Shown: positions 34,529-47,152, counted from the whole stretch's first letter. The stretch is 61,544 nt of DNA, filler included, from Asterionella formosa (GCA_002256025.1; 5 parts of 5 records of this genome joined end to end with filler, not necessarily neighbours in it); one strand, 5' to 3'. Notes: a model not told the origin generated them from the letters alone. Translations and numbers: made by a program.

Positions 34529-34987
34529 TGCATGGCTTCGTGGATGTTACATTTCTGGGAATAACTGATAATAAGTTTTCAATCAATTTTCATAGAGGAA
34601 AGCGCCATCGTTGGTCTACAGGATGAGGGCAGTGGGTTGCCTAACAATGAACACCTTTGACTCACAAATGATCGTTTCGAGCACAAATACTAAAAGAAAT
34701 ATTGTAGCCAACATTTTGTGAGATTGCTTTAGACTTCTGTTTTTCATGGCGCAAGCAATGCTGTAGCTAATAGTCATGTGAAGTACGATAAAATCTAACT
34801 CTGGTATCATTAGATTCTTAAATGATGTCACTGGTTAGTATGCATATGGTTCTATGATGAATATGAATATTTTTTGTTGTGCCCCTCTCGAAATGAAACG
34901 CGAGGATCGCTTGAAGGGGGACAGATGAACATCTGCGGTCAGCAGATGCCATCTTGAAGCCCACCACACCTTGAAATTGCATAATTA

Positions 34988-36103
34988 TTACAATACAGGT
35001 GCTTGTGGCGTTCCTACGAACGAAGGACCGCTGACATTGCGTGGTGGAATCACTGATGAGATGATAGCCATAGATGACAAGGGAGATTCCCAATATCGAG
35101 GACAAAGAGGTAATCCATTGGTATTGTACTCGTAGACAATCTCATTACGGACATCATGAAATCGTGGAGACGAGAGAACAGATCCCTCACTCCCCCAGCT
35201 CATGGTTCGCTTTCGAAATCGGTCACCCCGCTCTCCAGCAGGGTGGCAAACATCATAATAGTCGCTTTCTTCCAAGTGTAAGTTGATCTTTTCAATAATG
35301 AACTTCCCCTCTTTGTATTTTTGACTGGATTCGTATGCTTTCGCGTAGGTCCATCCAACCATGCCTTTGCATCGTTGGCAAAAAATGTCGGAAACGCTGT
35401 GCATGCCAGTCATGAGTAGTCTGTCTTCAGCAGGACCGATCGCGACGTTGACACATTGATCAAAGAGGTAAGCACGGCCTGGAAAGTAAGTATGATGGGA
35501 CCAAAATTCAAACATGAGAAAAATCACCGCACAAAGATTATCGAGATGATAGAATGTATCAAAAGACGTACCGTGGCGTCCATGAAAACTTTTGGAGATA
35601 ATGTCATCGTGACTCGTGAGATGGGTTCGACATTGACTGCACGTGTATACTTGTGGTCCGTCGAGATAAACCATGGAGTCATTGGTTTGCTGAGCACAAC
35701 GAGATTGGGCCTTTGCAATGACAATGGAAGTCGAGGAAATCAACTTTCGGGACGATAGGCTGCTTGGAGTTCCTGGGAACACAGCGAAAACATTAATACC
35801 TGCACTAGGGGATATCGATGTATCAGACCAGGAGTGCATGGACGCCTCCTCACGGGATATGGCTCGAGGGCGACGATTCTTCATTGATGAAGCTCGCTCC
35901 ATGGGACTGTGAGAAGTGTAAGTCGAATTCGGAGTTCGTGGCCTACCATGCTGGAGAGGGGCAAAAACAGGAGATGGTGGCCCCAGAATGTTGTTGACAG
36001 GAGCAGAAGTTCCACCGTGTCGAGGAGATTGTGGTGCAATATCTCTCCCAAGATTATTAATCCTAGGTCCAGAGGAAATAGCATCGACCGCCATGATTGA
36101 CAT
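34988..36103 (-). CDS. Yippee-like (YPEL) zinc-binding protein; 93-nt intron at 35479-35571
   Basis: YTCSQCRTHLTSHDDIISKSFHGRHG|RAYLF...LMTGMHSVSDIFCQRC...GWTY..AYESSQKYKEGKFIIEK. Removing GTACGT...TTCCAG restores the canonical FHGRHGRAYLF. Confidence 0.9.
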   Translation of the reverse strand: MSIMAVDAISSGPRINNLGRDIAPQSPRHGGTSAPVNNILGPPSPVFAPLQHGRPRTPNSTYTSHSPMERASSMKNRRPRAISREEASMHSWSDTSISPSAGINVFAVFPGTPSSLSSRKLISSTSIVIAKAQSRCAQQTNDSMVYLDGPQVYTCSQCRTHLTSHDDIISKSFHGRHGTSFDTFYHLDNLCAVIFLMFEFWSHHTYFPGRAYLFDQCVNVAIGPAEDRLLMTGMHSVSDIFCQRCKGMVGWTYAKAYESSQKYKEGKFIIEKINLHLEESDYYDVCHPAGERGDRFRKRTMSWGSEGSVLSSPRFHDVRNEIVYEYNTNGLPLCPRYWESPLSSMAIISSVIPPRNVSGPSFVGTPQAPVL

Positions 36104-36919
36104 ATCCGTCTGAGCACGATTTCTACGGCCAATACTTCCAGCGGTGACACGTAGCGCTTTTATGTTCAGGAAGGCTACGTTCTTTTGCCTATTCTTGAGA
36201 ATTAAGGACAGAATGTAGTTGGAGGGGTAAACAACGAGTGATGTTATCAGCAGTCTGAGTGATCTAAAGAAAGGCTAGGGTAAGATAATGCGTCCTTACG
36301 ACAAGAATTTCGTCGTAGGACTGGTTGTTCTGTCAAAGAACAATATACCGGTAGCTAGGAATGCATGACAGAAAATCGAGAGACTAATAATTTCTTTATG
36401 CTCTACCACAATCACATATGCTTCACGTACACTGTTTAGGTTCTTCGGTGATAGTCTGAAACGAGTGATAGTGACGAATATACAACAACAGAGTTGATTC
36501 AGATGTGCTGCCTGACTGTTGTCTACATGAAAGGTGTGAAGCTTCTTTGATCGATTTTTGTGAGAAGCATGAAATTCTTATACTGACGACTATTTTTACA
36601 CGGGTGAGGGAAGGGATTTTGACTGTCCGTCAGCCTACAAAATAAATAGCAATCAAGTTAGAAAAGATACTTTTTAGCATTAAAAAGCTACGAACACGAG
36701 GAAGTGCATTCAAGGGTGTATTCGTGCCCGAAACGATTGGGATGATGTTGGCGTTCGAAAATGATCCAAGGATCAGAACTGGAAAAGAGATTTTCATTAT
36801 CGATCCTTGATAGACCACCGAATTAATATACATTGTGTGCGTATTCTGTTGGGATTGACGGACGTGTCGTTGCAATCAGGGAATGGTGGTCAAAGGGTTG
36901 ACGAAGTTTTCTCGAAATA

Positions 36920-37019
36920 NNNNNNNNNNNNNNNNNNNNNNNNNNNNNNNNNNNNNNNNNNNNTTAATTAATTAANNNNNNNNNNNNNNNNNNNNNNNNN
37001 NNNNNNNNNNNNNNNNNNN
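36920..37019. other. Artificial scaffold-joining spacer
   Basis: 100 nt of N with TTAATTAATTAA at 36964-36975. Confidence 0.95.
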
Positions 37020-38609
37020 GCTTTCGTCAAACAAAACGGTGCACATGTATCACCGTCGGATTTAAATTTCCCGGAAGATTGGTGGCTCCCTAGTGATGAT
37101 GGTTTCTCTCATGCTGAACTCTGCAAAAGCTCCTGTATTGAGATCGGTGTACAAGGCATTATAAAGATTGCTAAGACGGGCGACGAGGCTGATTCCGATG
37201 CGAATGTCGAACGCAACCCACATAATGCAGCAAAATCATCAAAACGAGAGAAGAATATCAAAAGTGCCGATCGTAGTTGCGAAAGCACCCATGGTGCGAC
37301 AGGATTACAAGGCAAAATGGCAAATGGGGCTGACAAAGGAATGTCAGTCCGAAGGAACCCAATCGATGCAGAACAATTGTCAAAACTTGGGAAGAATATC
37401 AAAAATGCAGATCGCAATTATGAAAGCACCACAGTTGCGATAGGAGTACAAGGGAAAAAGGGGAAAGGGACCGATCCTAGCAAGACAGTCCAACTCAAGC
37501 CAAGTCAGGGAGAAATGTTGTCAAAGCATTGGAAGAATATCCAAAAAAAGGCAGTCCAACTCACGGAAAGGCAGCCAGCAAAGTTGTCAAAATATTGGAA
37601 GAATGTCAAAAATATTGTTCGCAATTATGAAAGCGCCCATGTTGAGATAGGAGTACAAGGCACAAAGGGGAAAGGGGCTGATCCCTGCAGGACAGTCCAA
37701 CTCAAGCTAAGTCATGGAGCAAACAAATCGTTCAAACTTGGGACTCAGAGCACTGATTGCAATGGCACTGATATTGAGATAGCAGCACAAGGGAGTAAAG
37801 GGGATGTGGTTGGTTCTGACCTCAGTCATGCAGCAAAATCGTCAATACTTGGGACAAAAATCAAAAATGGCGATCGCAATTGTGGAAGCGCCAAAGTTGA
37901 AATAGGAGTACAAGACAAAACAGGGGATGCGGCTGATTCCAGAAAGGGAAACCGACGCGACCCAAGTCATGCTGCAAAATCGTTAAAACTTGGGAAAATT
38001 AGCGAAAGTATGGCAACCAATGATGCGAATCCTGTTTTGTTTGCTGCAGTAGAACAAGAATCGCATGTGGATAGAAACGTCTCTCCAGTGGTTGTGGATT
38101 ATCTTCGCCGCTACAAGGCGATTATATCGGCTTATCTTTCCAGGCGAAAAGAAAGGTGGGTTGATCTCCTTGACAGAGCTCGTAAGGAGAATAGTGTTGC
38201 CATCACGACGAATAGCGAAGGAGAAGTTCAAGTCTTGTTGGCGAGGTGGCGTTACCGATGGTTCTCGTTTGTCAAGGATGAAAGAACTCGTCATGAAGAA
38301 AACTTGAGAGAAATTCAAGAGTTGTGGATGTGTGACGGCATAAAGGGAAAGTTTGGTCCGTTCGCACTTCAACGTGCCGTCTCCAAAATTCATCGGATTG
38401 AGGCCCGACGACGTGAGCAATGGGATCTCCTCGAAAGTGGCATGGAAAAGGAAACCCGTGAATTCATTCATCAAGCGTGGGAGGTACAATTGATCGAATG
38501 GGAAGGCTTTATTTTGGATGGAATTGAGGAAAGGTGGAACTTGTTCTGCAGTGTCGAGGCAGCACTGCTTGAATTTCACCTAGAAAGCGTTGGTGCTGAT
38601 CTCAATTGA
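37020..38609 (+). CDS. Hypothetical tandem-repeat protein, 5'-truncated
   Basis: Frame is open from the spacer (AFVKQNGAHVSPSDLNFPEDWW...) through the 37317 ORF. Degenerate repeats of about 44 aa containing IGVQG, followed by a Trp-rich helical C-terminus. Confidence 0.6.
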   Translation, partial: AFVKQNGAHVSPSDLNFPEDWWLPSDDGFSHAELCKSSCIEIGVQGIIKIAKTGDEADSDANVERNPHNAAKSSKREKNIKSADRSCESTHGATGLQGKMANGADKGMSVRRNPIDAEQLSKLGKNIKNADRNYESTTVAIGVQGKKGKGTDPSKTVQLKPSQGEMLSKHWKNIQKKAVQLTERQPAKLSKYWKNVKNIVRNYESAHVEIGVQGTKGKGADPCRTVQLKLSHGANKSFKLGTQSTDCNGTDIEIAAQGSKGDVVGSDLSHAAKSSILGTKIKNGDRNCGSAKVEIGVQDKTGDAADSRKGNRRDPSHAAKSLKLGKISESMATNDANPVLFAAVEQESHVDRNVSPVVVDYLRRYKAIISAYLSRRKERWVDLLDRARKENSVAITTNSEGEVQVLLARWRYRWFSFVKDERTRHEENLREIQELWMCDGIKGKFGPFALQRAVSKIHRIEARRREQWDLLESGMEKETREFIHQAWEVQLIEWEGFILDGIEERWNLFCSVEAALLEFHLESVGADLN

Positions 38610-38872
38610 ATATGTATACCAGTTTTATACTATAACATCTATTAGTTACTCTAAACATGTTGATAGATAATAAACCCATTCAAAAAAGCATAGAATCAGA
38701 TTACACTTTTGATGTCGGTGTAGAAAGGCAAAGGGCGTAGATATCATCTCGTTGGACGATCGCAAGCTTCATGGGAACATCTTGGTTGGGATTAAATTAA
38801 GAAGTGAAGAGTAAATTACATATATATCCGTCGACTGCTGGCTTGGAAACACATCGTTCTAAGGATAATAGT

Positions 38873-40439
38873 TCAGAGAATTATCTCTCCATTCAAAACT
38901 TGACTTTTTCCCTCAACCGAAAAACGATGCTTACCCCCATGATGTGACTGCGAGAGAGCTGGATAGCATTGTTCACAAAGATCATAGTCAAAGCATTGAA
39001 TACATTTTCGGATTCTTCCAAGGATCTTATCAGCACATCCGTCGCAATGAGCAATCTCGTTGTATGTCGCTTCAGTGACATCGAACCCCGATGTGGCTCC
39101 AGGGAAGAGCAAGATCCTGTCTGGTGGAATTTCGATCGATTCCCAGTCCTCAATGTTGTGAGCTTTATCGTCCTCCCTTAGATTTGCTAGCAGTCGACCA
39201 TCTATATCTTTACGTTTTTGTGTCGAGGGGTACATTTCCTTTGCTAGCGCCCTTGTCACGTCGTCACAGAACCCAAGTAAATAGGCGTCAAAGGCATAGT
39301 GTTCCCGGAACTCCAAATCCTCGTCTTCATCATCGTCTTCGTCGTCTTGTTTTATTGGAGGATGCACTAGCGTCCGATTGATCAGTATTCTAGGTATACT
39401 GGTTGGCAGGTACCGTAGCACCTTGGACATTGGTGCGCTGTTGATTGGCAAGATAGATGAGTGCCCTGAATGTGGCTCACCGGCGAAGGCAGTTGAACTT
39501 ACACTGAGAGAGACGTTCCAATCACAATCAAACAATCTGCTTTTCCCCTATCAGATTCCAAGCTCCTTCTTACTTTGTCATGCAAGGTCTCGCCGAAAAA
39601 TGTAACTCCCGGCTTGAGCACACCACCACAAACTCCTTCATTGGCGGACTGTTGGTGTCGTTTCAATCTCGGATACTCTGATCTAGTCGCGGATTTGACT
39701 GCTTTGCTATTTGTTTTTACACTTGCTGTACATAAAGGCACTTTTCCTTCGAGAATATAGGGCTCGATGGCCGACGCGTCAACTCTTTGTTTACATTTTG
39801 AGCATGATGCCCATTGCAATGAACCATGTGCATAGACCATCCTCTTACTAGGAACGCCAGCAATTTCTTCCAAGCCGTCAATATTTTGTGTGTACACTCT
39901 CAGAAGCTGTTTTTTGGTTTCCAGTAACGCTAGAAAACGGTGCGAATCGCTGGGTTCCACTCGAATGCCGTCTCCGAGAGGAAAGTACAGACTTTTGGAG
40001 AATTTGTAAAACGGTCTCGGATCGTCTTGAAAGAAATCAAAGTCAAACAAATCCTCTGGACATGAAAGTCCAAGTTCCTGAGCACAAAAGCGAAAAGTGG
40101 AAAACATTTGTGAGCCAACACGAACGCCAATGCCGCGAATCACTTCGTTGTCGCGGTGGGTACTGTACTCGTTCTTCTGTTCTATATATAGGTATATAGG
40201 TTACGCACTTGAAAATCCAGAGTTGAATACAAGCCCTTGTCCTTGCTGCGAAAGTCTGGAATACCACAACTAACGCTGATACCAGCACCGGCAAGCACCA
40301 ACACCTTTTTCCTTCCTTCCAGTATCTTGGCAACTGACTCGAAGGCTTCGTCGAACGAAGGCTCCGTTTTCCTGCATAGTCGGAACGGGGCGCAGGTTGG
40401 ATCCAAACGAGCCTTTTTATTTTTCCGTGCAGGCGCCAT
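38873..40439 (-). CDS. Sir2-family NAD-dependent deacetylase with C-terminal ZZ zinc finger; introns 40078-40208 and 39438-39502
   Basis: GAGISVSCGIPDFRS, YTQNIDGLE, AHGS, CSKC...C...C, LKPGVTFFGE, IGTSLSV|APMS. ZZ domain CDGC...KCIQCFDYDLCEQC...H..H. GT-AG sites join the frames. Confidence 0.9.
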
Positions 40440-40811
40440 GTAGGAGTAGTCGCAAATGACACAGGGCACTCGTTGCACCACTATCCGTGGGATGGATTTG
40501 ATTCGGATACAGTTGTACTCCTACTCTGTTACAGTAGCTAATAAGCGAGGCAGCACACAACTTGTAGCAGTCGTTGTCGAAGGATTATCCATTACGATTT
40601 TTAAAGTTATCAAGGAGACGATGCTGCGTCGCCATGATACGTGCCCGCCTGGTACCAGGTACCTGCCTGTATCTTAGCTATGATATGACCTACCGGTACT
40701 ACCAATGCCAGGTAGCATTTGTGGGGAAGATACCGGTGTATACCGGGTATGCTCATACATAAAATATCATATATTATTGGCAATCTCATTGACCACTACA
40801 TACATATAACC

Positions 40812-41834
40812 ATGATGTTCACCGCAGCACTGCTCCGCCGCGAAATGCTCCATCGCTCATCCAGGTGCACTTTTGTCGCTCGGAGCTTTTCGAAAGGACC
40901 CATTCGTCGCAGGAAACCAGATGCCTCATCGGCACTCTTGTATTCTCCCCTGCTTGACAACGGCGCTTGGCCTACTGACGAGACAGGAGGTTCCTCATGG
41001 AAGCTTGAGCCATTCAATCCATCGGAAGACTACGTAAAGAAGGTTTCCATGAGTCCTTGGGTGCCCTGTCCGGATCCAGTGGTTAGAAAAATGTTGGAGC
41101 TGGCAAACGCAGGTGAAGATGATGTTCATGTTGATCTAGGATGTGGGGATGGGCGCGTCAACTTTCAGGCAATCGATGCGCCGTTTGGGGTGAAACGGTC
41201 GATTGGAATCGACGTGGATCCTGACATTCTTCAAAAGGCTAAAGATAGACTGGCGAGACGCTTTCCTGTGCCTGATATCGATTTCTTCATTGCCGATTTG
41301 AAGGATTTCAAGCATAGGGCATGGGATCACGTCAAGTCAGCAACCATCATCACCATGTATTTTGTGGAGAAGGCGCTGGAGGATATACGCCCAACGTTGG
41401 AAAGGGTTCTAGAAGGAAAGCAGGCAATTATCGTAACTTGTGGATATCCCATAACACAATGGGACCCTTCGCATGTTGAGTATCTTCTCGGTTTGCCCGT
41501 CCATGTCTACAAATGGGGATATCCCAACGAACCGGAATACAAGCCATTCAAGGGGATGTCCGACGAGGAAGTTGAACGAATTATGACGGAACATAGGAAA
41601 TCCGTGGAGGTGAACCGAAAATTACTCTTTGAAGAAAACGATGACACGCTTCAGCCGGTAAGGAACGAGAACGAAGTAATTAAACTGGAACCTGAGGTCC
41701 CCTGGAAGAACTACGAAGAGTTTTATGAAGACTACTCGAGAGATGACTTCGACTCGGAGGAACGACGAGCTGATTTTATTCGAAATACTGGTTTGCCTCC
41801 TGAGCAGTATGCACCAAAGAAAGATGAAGAATAG
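40812..41834 (+). CDS. SAM-dependent methyltransferase (FAM173/ATPSCKMT-like), probably mitochondrial
   Basis: PWVPCPDPVVRKMLELA...VDLGCGDGR...GIDVD...ATIITMY; Arg-rich transit-like N-terminus. Confidence 0.75.
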   Translation: MMFTAALLRREMLHRSSRCTFVARSFSKGPIRRRKPDASSALLYSPLLDNGAWPTDETGGSSWKLEPFNPSEDYVKKVSMSPWVPCPDPVVRKMLELANAGEDDVHVDLGCGDGRVNFQAIDAPFGVKRSIGIDVDPDILQKAKDRLARRFPVPDIDFFIADLKDFKHRAWDHVKSATIITMYFVEKALEDIRPTLERVLEGKQAIIVTCGYPITQWDPSHVEYLLGLPVHVYKWGYPNEPEYKPFKGMSDEEVERIMTEHRKSVEVNRKLLFEENDDTLQPVRNENEVIKLEPEVPWKNYEEFYEDYSRDDFDSEERRADFIRNTGLPPEQYAPKKDEE

Positions 41835-42295
41835 ATTTCTTCACACTCATATGTTTATACCGGTAGTTGCATAATTGATCAGGTATCTTGACTTTTTTAT
41901 CTAGGCGGGATCAGGTCGATGAAGTTGGTGGTTTTGACGAGACAAAAATATACGCGTCAGTCAAAATAGGAAAATGCATAGCGATTTCACACCAACGTCA
42001 CCTACCGAATACAAGATAGAAACATCAGTGTCAACAAAACGCTGGCGGCTGATAGAGCCAGCTCCATAACTTTGGCTACAGAAATAAAAGAAAGATATGT
42101 TCCTGTTTCTGATCCAAAAAATCTTCATGACGAAAGTACCGATCTTTAACCTTTGCCTTACTGATGTTGTCAATGTGAGGACTTGGATCATTCGTTTTAT
42201 TCTTTTGTGATTCGACATTCATTTATCGAGTCAGAACATTCAGAATGACAACAAGATCTGCAGATCATACTTTGACTCTTCCACAATGAAAAATG

Positions 42296-44124
42296 TCACC
42301 AAAAGGATTCTCCGCCAAACAGGCTAGGTTTTTGACTTTCTTTGCATGCTCTTATGCTCGGCATATCGCTGAAATGGCAGGAAATTAGGGGCTTTGCTGC
42401 ACAACAGGGAGATATCAAAGAACCAGGCATAAATGTCGTCGAAAAATTGAGAATTGACCTAGCACTATTTTCAATGCACTTTTTCTTTACGAACCACTCC
42501 CCCATTTGTCGAAAAAAAAAAAATCTTCTCCATTTTTGACTGCGTCCAACTCATGTGAAACATGAATGGTGTCACTTTTCCTTCTAATATATCTTTCATT
42601 GCCTCCTTGTTCTCATGATACACAACACCAGTGGGGAAATCACTTTTGTGTAAGACCTTTATCTTCATTCCGTACATTGAGGAATATTCGGACATGAGTT
42701 GGTTGAGTTGTTGCTGCTCGTTTCCTCCTGGGAATGTTAAAAACAATGAATTGAAAAGGTGCCTGGATTTTTCATTGTTTCGTATGTAGAAGAAGCCAGC
42801 ATTTCCCATGTATGGTCGACTTGCGAATATGTTTAGGGATACATACGAAACCTGCATTAGTATTTCATGTCACAAATGTCGGGAAAAGCGAGACCTTGCC
42901 AGAATCCAGCACTTACTAACGGGGCGACGTGCTGCCATCGTCGGCCAACAAAATATCGAACGACGAGAGTGACTCGTTGTGAAAGAAAGGCAAAGGATCT
43001 TTGAACCATACAATGTCAGCATCCTGAAAGAGTATGTCATATCCTAACATTATTGCCGTTTGTATACAAAATACCTTGGCCAGCATCATAGTACTAAAGG
43101 TCTCATCACCAAAATCTTTTGCGGCGTCCGAGGGTAGTCGTTCGAAGTTGCGCTTATCGTACAAGACAGTCAGACCAAGACCATCTAGTAACTCTTTGGT
43201 TTCGATATCTGTTGCAAATACCAATACAGCGGACAGATCTAAGCTTCTGGCGCGGGCGCTGCAGCAGAAGTTAATGATCAGTTCCGATTGACCATGATTG
43301 GAAAACATTACAACTAGAGTATTGTTTCGAACTGCTCTTTCAGCCAGAGGTCGTAACTCCTCCAATACTGAGTCAATGCTTGCAAGGTAGTGCTGTAGGA
43401 CGATCCAATGGTGTTGTGCTTGCTTGGGTGAAGGTATCTCAACACGGTCGCGACCAGTCTGATCAATAAATCTCCCAACTAACCGAAGCGGCAACGACGA
43501 GTTAAGTGCTCCAATTGTAGGAATTCGCATCCACCTTTGAACGTGATAAGATTCGTGTTGCCCCATGAGTGCTATACATTGCTTCCTCTCGTGGCCCACA
43601 TCGGTAAGAATCACGTTTAGATAATCGCAGTTGGCGGTTGCGTCATTTACGTTGGTGATCAGCGGTATTTCTCCATGAGCTTTTGTTTTCTTTCCCCGGG
43701 GCTGAGCATCAACATGACTATATAAAATCAAGACTTGTTCATTGCCCGTTAAAGACTTTTGTAACGGGACGCCCATCTCAAAACTGCGGACAAAGTCCTC
43801 ACGTGGTACCCGACTCATACCTACGGCAAACTTGCTAATCGATGGGGAAAACGTTGAATTTAGTGCCTTTTCGTCTCCTTCCTTGTCACCGCAGGCAGGA
43901 GAAATAGGGCATGGCTTCTCATTCATAAAGGGATGGGAATTTTCTGCTAGCTGGTTTTGGCCACCATCGCATACGTGCTGGCACGACAAGAGACCGACAT
44001 AATACCCAACACTTCCAGAAATGTTTGCACATAAAATAAAAATGGCTATTGATAGGGTTGAAAATGGCATCCGCTGCTTTGGTATTCCCATCAAGCCGAC
44101 ATCATTGCCCGACAAAAATGCCAT
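42296..44124 (-). CDS. Nucleotide-diphospho-sugar (GT77-like) glycosyltransferase, type II membrane; intron 42820-42916 and apparent homopolymer frameshift at about 42512
   Basis: N-terminal TM segment; LLDGLGL; YDILFQDADIVW (DxD); spliced PRYRPYMGNAGFFYIR; FHMSWT; C-terminal CCAAKPLISCH...SFW in the shifted frame. Confidence 0.75.
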
Positions 44125-45889
44125 GATGGGCAGGTGAATTCGCACAGCAAAGATGTCAATGAAGGAACTACTTCTTGAGAGGTCAAACTGGTCCTACTTG
44201 TGATGCTCCAGGTATCTAAGTACTTTCTTAAGTAATTTTTATTTAGAGGCTATATGGGGCACATCGAATTTTTCGGCATTAAAATTGCCGATTTTAGCAT
44301 GACAGCCAGAATAACGGTAAAATACATAAAAAGGGTAAAACAATCGTAAAACACACGAGAATGATTGTAAATGCGCCATCAATGAAAATTTAACATGATG
44401 TTTGGAGCAACCAAAGTATGAAATGCAATGTAATAAGTAGCATCAAATGAGAAATAGAAAAAATTGTTTTGGGTTAGAAATGAAGAAAAAATAGGAGTTT
44501 CAATGGAGATGTATGCATTGTAGCACTTACACAGGCAACAATGCATGACTTTCCATCACAACATTGAAGAGTGAAATGAAACAGATAAGAAGAAAAAACT
44601 CAACCCAATTGAAATCTGCAACATGATGTAGTGTAGATGATCTGGTTGCTGCAACCATGAACATCACTGTAGTAGCCTGACCCAAGTTGCTTGCAGTCCT
44701 TCCGCCCACTGTTGTTCCTGCCATCAAACAGCAGCCCTGGTGGCATCAGCAGGCAGCCAGGCGGATAGAGTGAGAATCATAATTTTGAGGACGAAATTGG
44801 GCATTCGGTACATAAAATCAATCAATATGTGAACGATACAATTTAACATTCTGGTCTTGTAAAAATAATACTGAGTCTACAGCGATTATATTAGAAGCAT
44901 TAAAGTTTAGCTTAAACCATGCATGGTTGTTTTTAGTACCATGTACATATGTAGGCTAGATGACTACCAGCACTGGTAGAATATCCGTTAAGCATCATCA
45001 CATGCATGGCTGGAGCAAAAACTTGCCACCAACATCAGATGTATTGATATCATTGTTTGTCCGACGAAATATGGACGATGCAACTACATGAATCCCTCGA
45101 TAAGACAAGCAATCCAATAACCAACCGCATCCATTAGACAACGAGTCGCCACTGGCATCATCACTGAACTGATTTCGATTCAATCCAGTCATGATGGATG
45201 ACGATCGGCATGGTGAAAGGTGAATTGCCAGAGTCCACTTTTCAGGAGACGAACAAAAACGAGGTGAATTCTGGATGTTTTTTCCTTAAGTAGACCCTTG
45301 CCAATTTCGGCAATCCTAGGGCTGGAAAACTGAGGGGCAATTGGCGTCTGTTGTCTTGCCAAAATGCGAACATACGAATTATTCAAATTTTATTTTAATG
45401 ATGGACAATATCAGACCTTTGGCAATTTTCGAGGTGAAGATAGGAAATATACGAAATATACTTTGTATGATGGGCAATAGTAGGCTAAAATTGACATTTA
45501 TGCTTTATTTGTGGGCAGTAGGTAAGCGAATGACGCGACGATTGCTAGAGCGGGAATTGCCTCAACAATACCCTTCTCGGCGGCTACTTGCCTTCTCGGA
45601 CACATGTGCACTCGCAGACATGAGACCACCTCGGGCGTGTATTGCCTTCAGCAAACGGGCGTGAGTGAATGCGAATTCGTGGATGGAGTACCTACTGGTA
45701 TTTTGGCTCGTGGTGTACAGGTAATTCCAGCGGAATATTCTCCCGACGTCGTTCTGATATCAAATAGTACTCGGTACAATTATTTGCAATACAGTTGACT
45801 GAAAAATAATTCGACAACTGATAATTAAAGGGCCCTCCCGATTCCATCTTCCTTTTGGGGCATCAAGATTAAGTAATACCGATGCTTCA

Positions 45890-47072
45890 ATGAATGCACC
45901 TGCTTGCACAGACGAGGACTTTCTCGATACTGTGGAAGGCCAAGAGGTTCTTGCGTCGAAGCCCATGCCTTCACTCTCAAACCCTTTCTTGGACAGTGAT
46001 CGGCTTGAGAAATGTGGGCGCTGGCTACAGAGCATGCCACGAGCTGATTTAGTTGTGTTGAGGCAAACGAGTGAATTTGATGATTTTCTTCTGGCTTACG
46101 AACGACTAGTTGAAGCTCACAGAAACTTGACTATTTGCAGATCCGTTATAGATGTCAATCACGAGTTTAATGGGTCTTCCTTCCAGCAATGGATTATGGA
46201 TGACATTGTGCTTCGAGTGTTCGAATATCTTGAATGTTTCTCCCTCATACAGGCATCCCTTACGTGCTCTCGCTTCAGAGATCTCGCAATCCAGAGCGCC
46301 ACTCAACGAACGGTTGATACCGCAAAGTCAAGGAACCTTGAACATATCATGCAACTTTTGCGAGCCCAGGAAGAAATTGATGGTACAGGAAATAACATGA
46401 TCTCGGATCGGCCTGTTCGAGTACCAATCCTTGGTCTTCGTCGGCGAGTCTTGGTCACTGGCGCGGGTGATCCAGATTACAACGGAATATATCACTGTAC
46501 TGGTAGCAACGGTAATGGCTTCGTCTTCACCAAGCCAATATCTTGCATGACACGAGTTAGCGCGAATGTGAGATCACTATTAGATATCAGCCCGGAGTTA
46601 CTAGGTGAAGTGGATGCACAAGCGGCACAACAACGACTCCAGGACCGCGTGTTAAACTGGGACGATGAACAAGTTCGAAGAAGTGGTGATTGTCTACGTT
46701 GCATCATTACAAAACGATTCTCAAATGAGGTATGGCAAAAAAGCTTGTTTAAACCAAATGTTACGTTCCCATTCCAGTAGTCGCTCATCAGTGCGAAAAT
46801 ATCTTTTTTTGCAACAGACTATTTTGTGGTATATGAGTAAAGAAATTGAGGAAACCAGCTTTGAATCAACCACGAGATTGCCGACATCTCAAGTCTCACA
46901 AGTTTATTCCTTTTGGGCCACACTTATGAGCACTGGTGAGGCTTCTTCTGACTTGTGTCAATACCCTTCTCAAAGTTCCATACTTTCTCGCAACGGTGAT
47001 CCTGCCTGGCAGCCCCTCGTCTTGAACAGAACAATTGAGCCTCCAGTAGTTGAACTCCTAGATGGTGCTTAG
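45890..47072 (+). CDS. F-box-like domain protein; intron 46730-46817
   Basis: DDIVLRVFEYLECFSLIQASLTCSRFRDLA; VTGAGDPDYNGIY. GTATGG...CAACAG joins KRFSNE|TILWYMSKE. Confidence 0.7.
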
Positions 47073-47152
47073 TATTCAAGCCAGCCTATTTGGCGCTGTC
47101 ATTTGATTTCACGGCTTAGTTGTCTTACTACATCCTACTGTACTCCCTTGAA

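Noticed and set aside
37983..38579. 198-aa antisense ORF and similar shadow ORFs over real genes
   Set aside because: They overlap better-supported genes on the opposite strand and carry no motifs.
44270..45510. Possible MITE with inverted ends (gcattaaaattgccgattttagc vs reverse complement of gctaaaattgacatttatgc)
   Set aside because: Short, gapped, AT-rich match with no target-site duplication seen; insufficient support.
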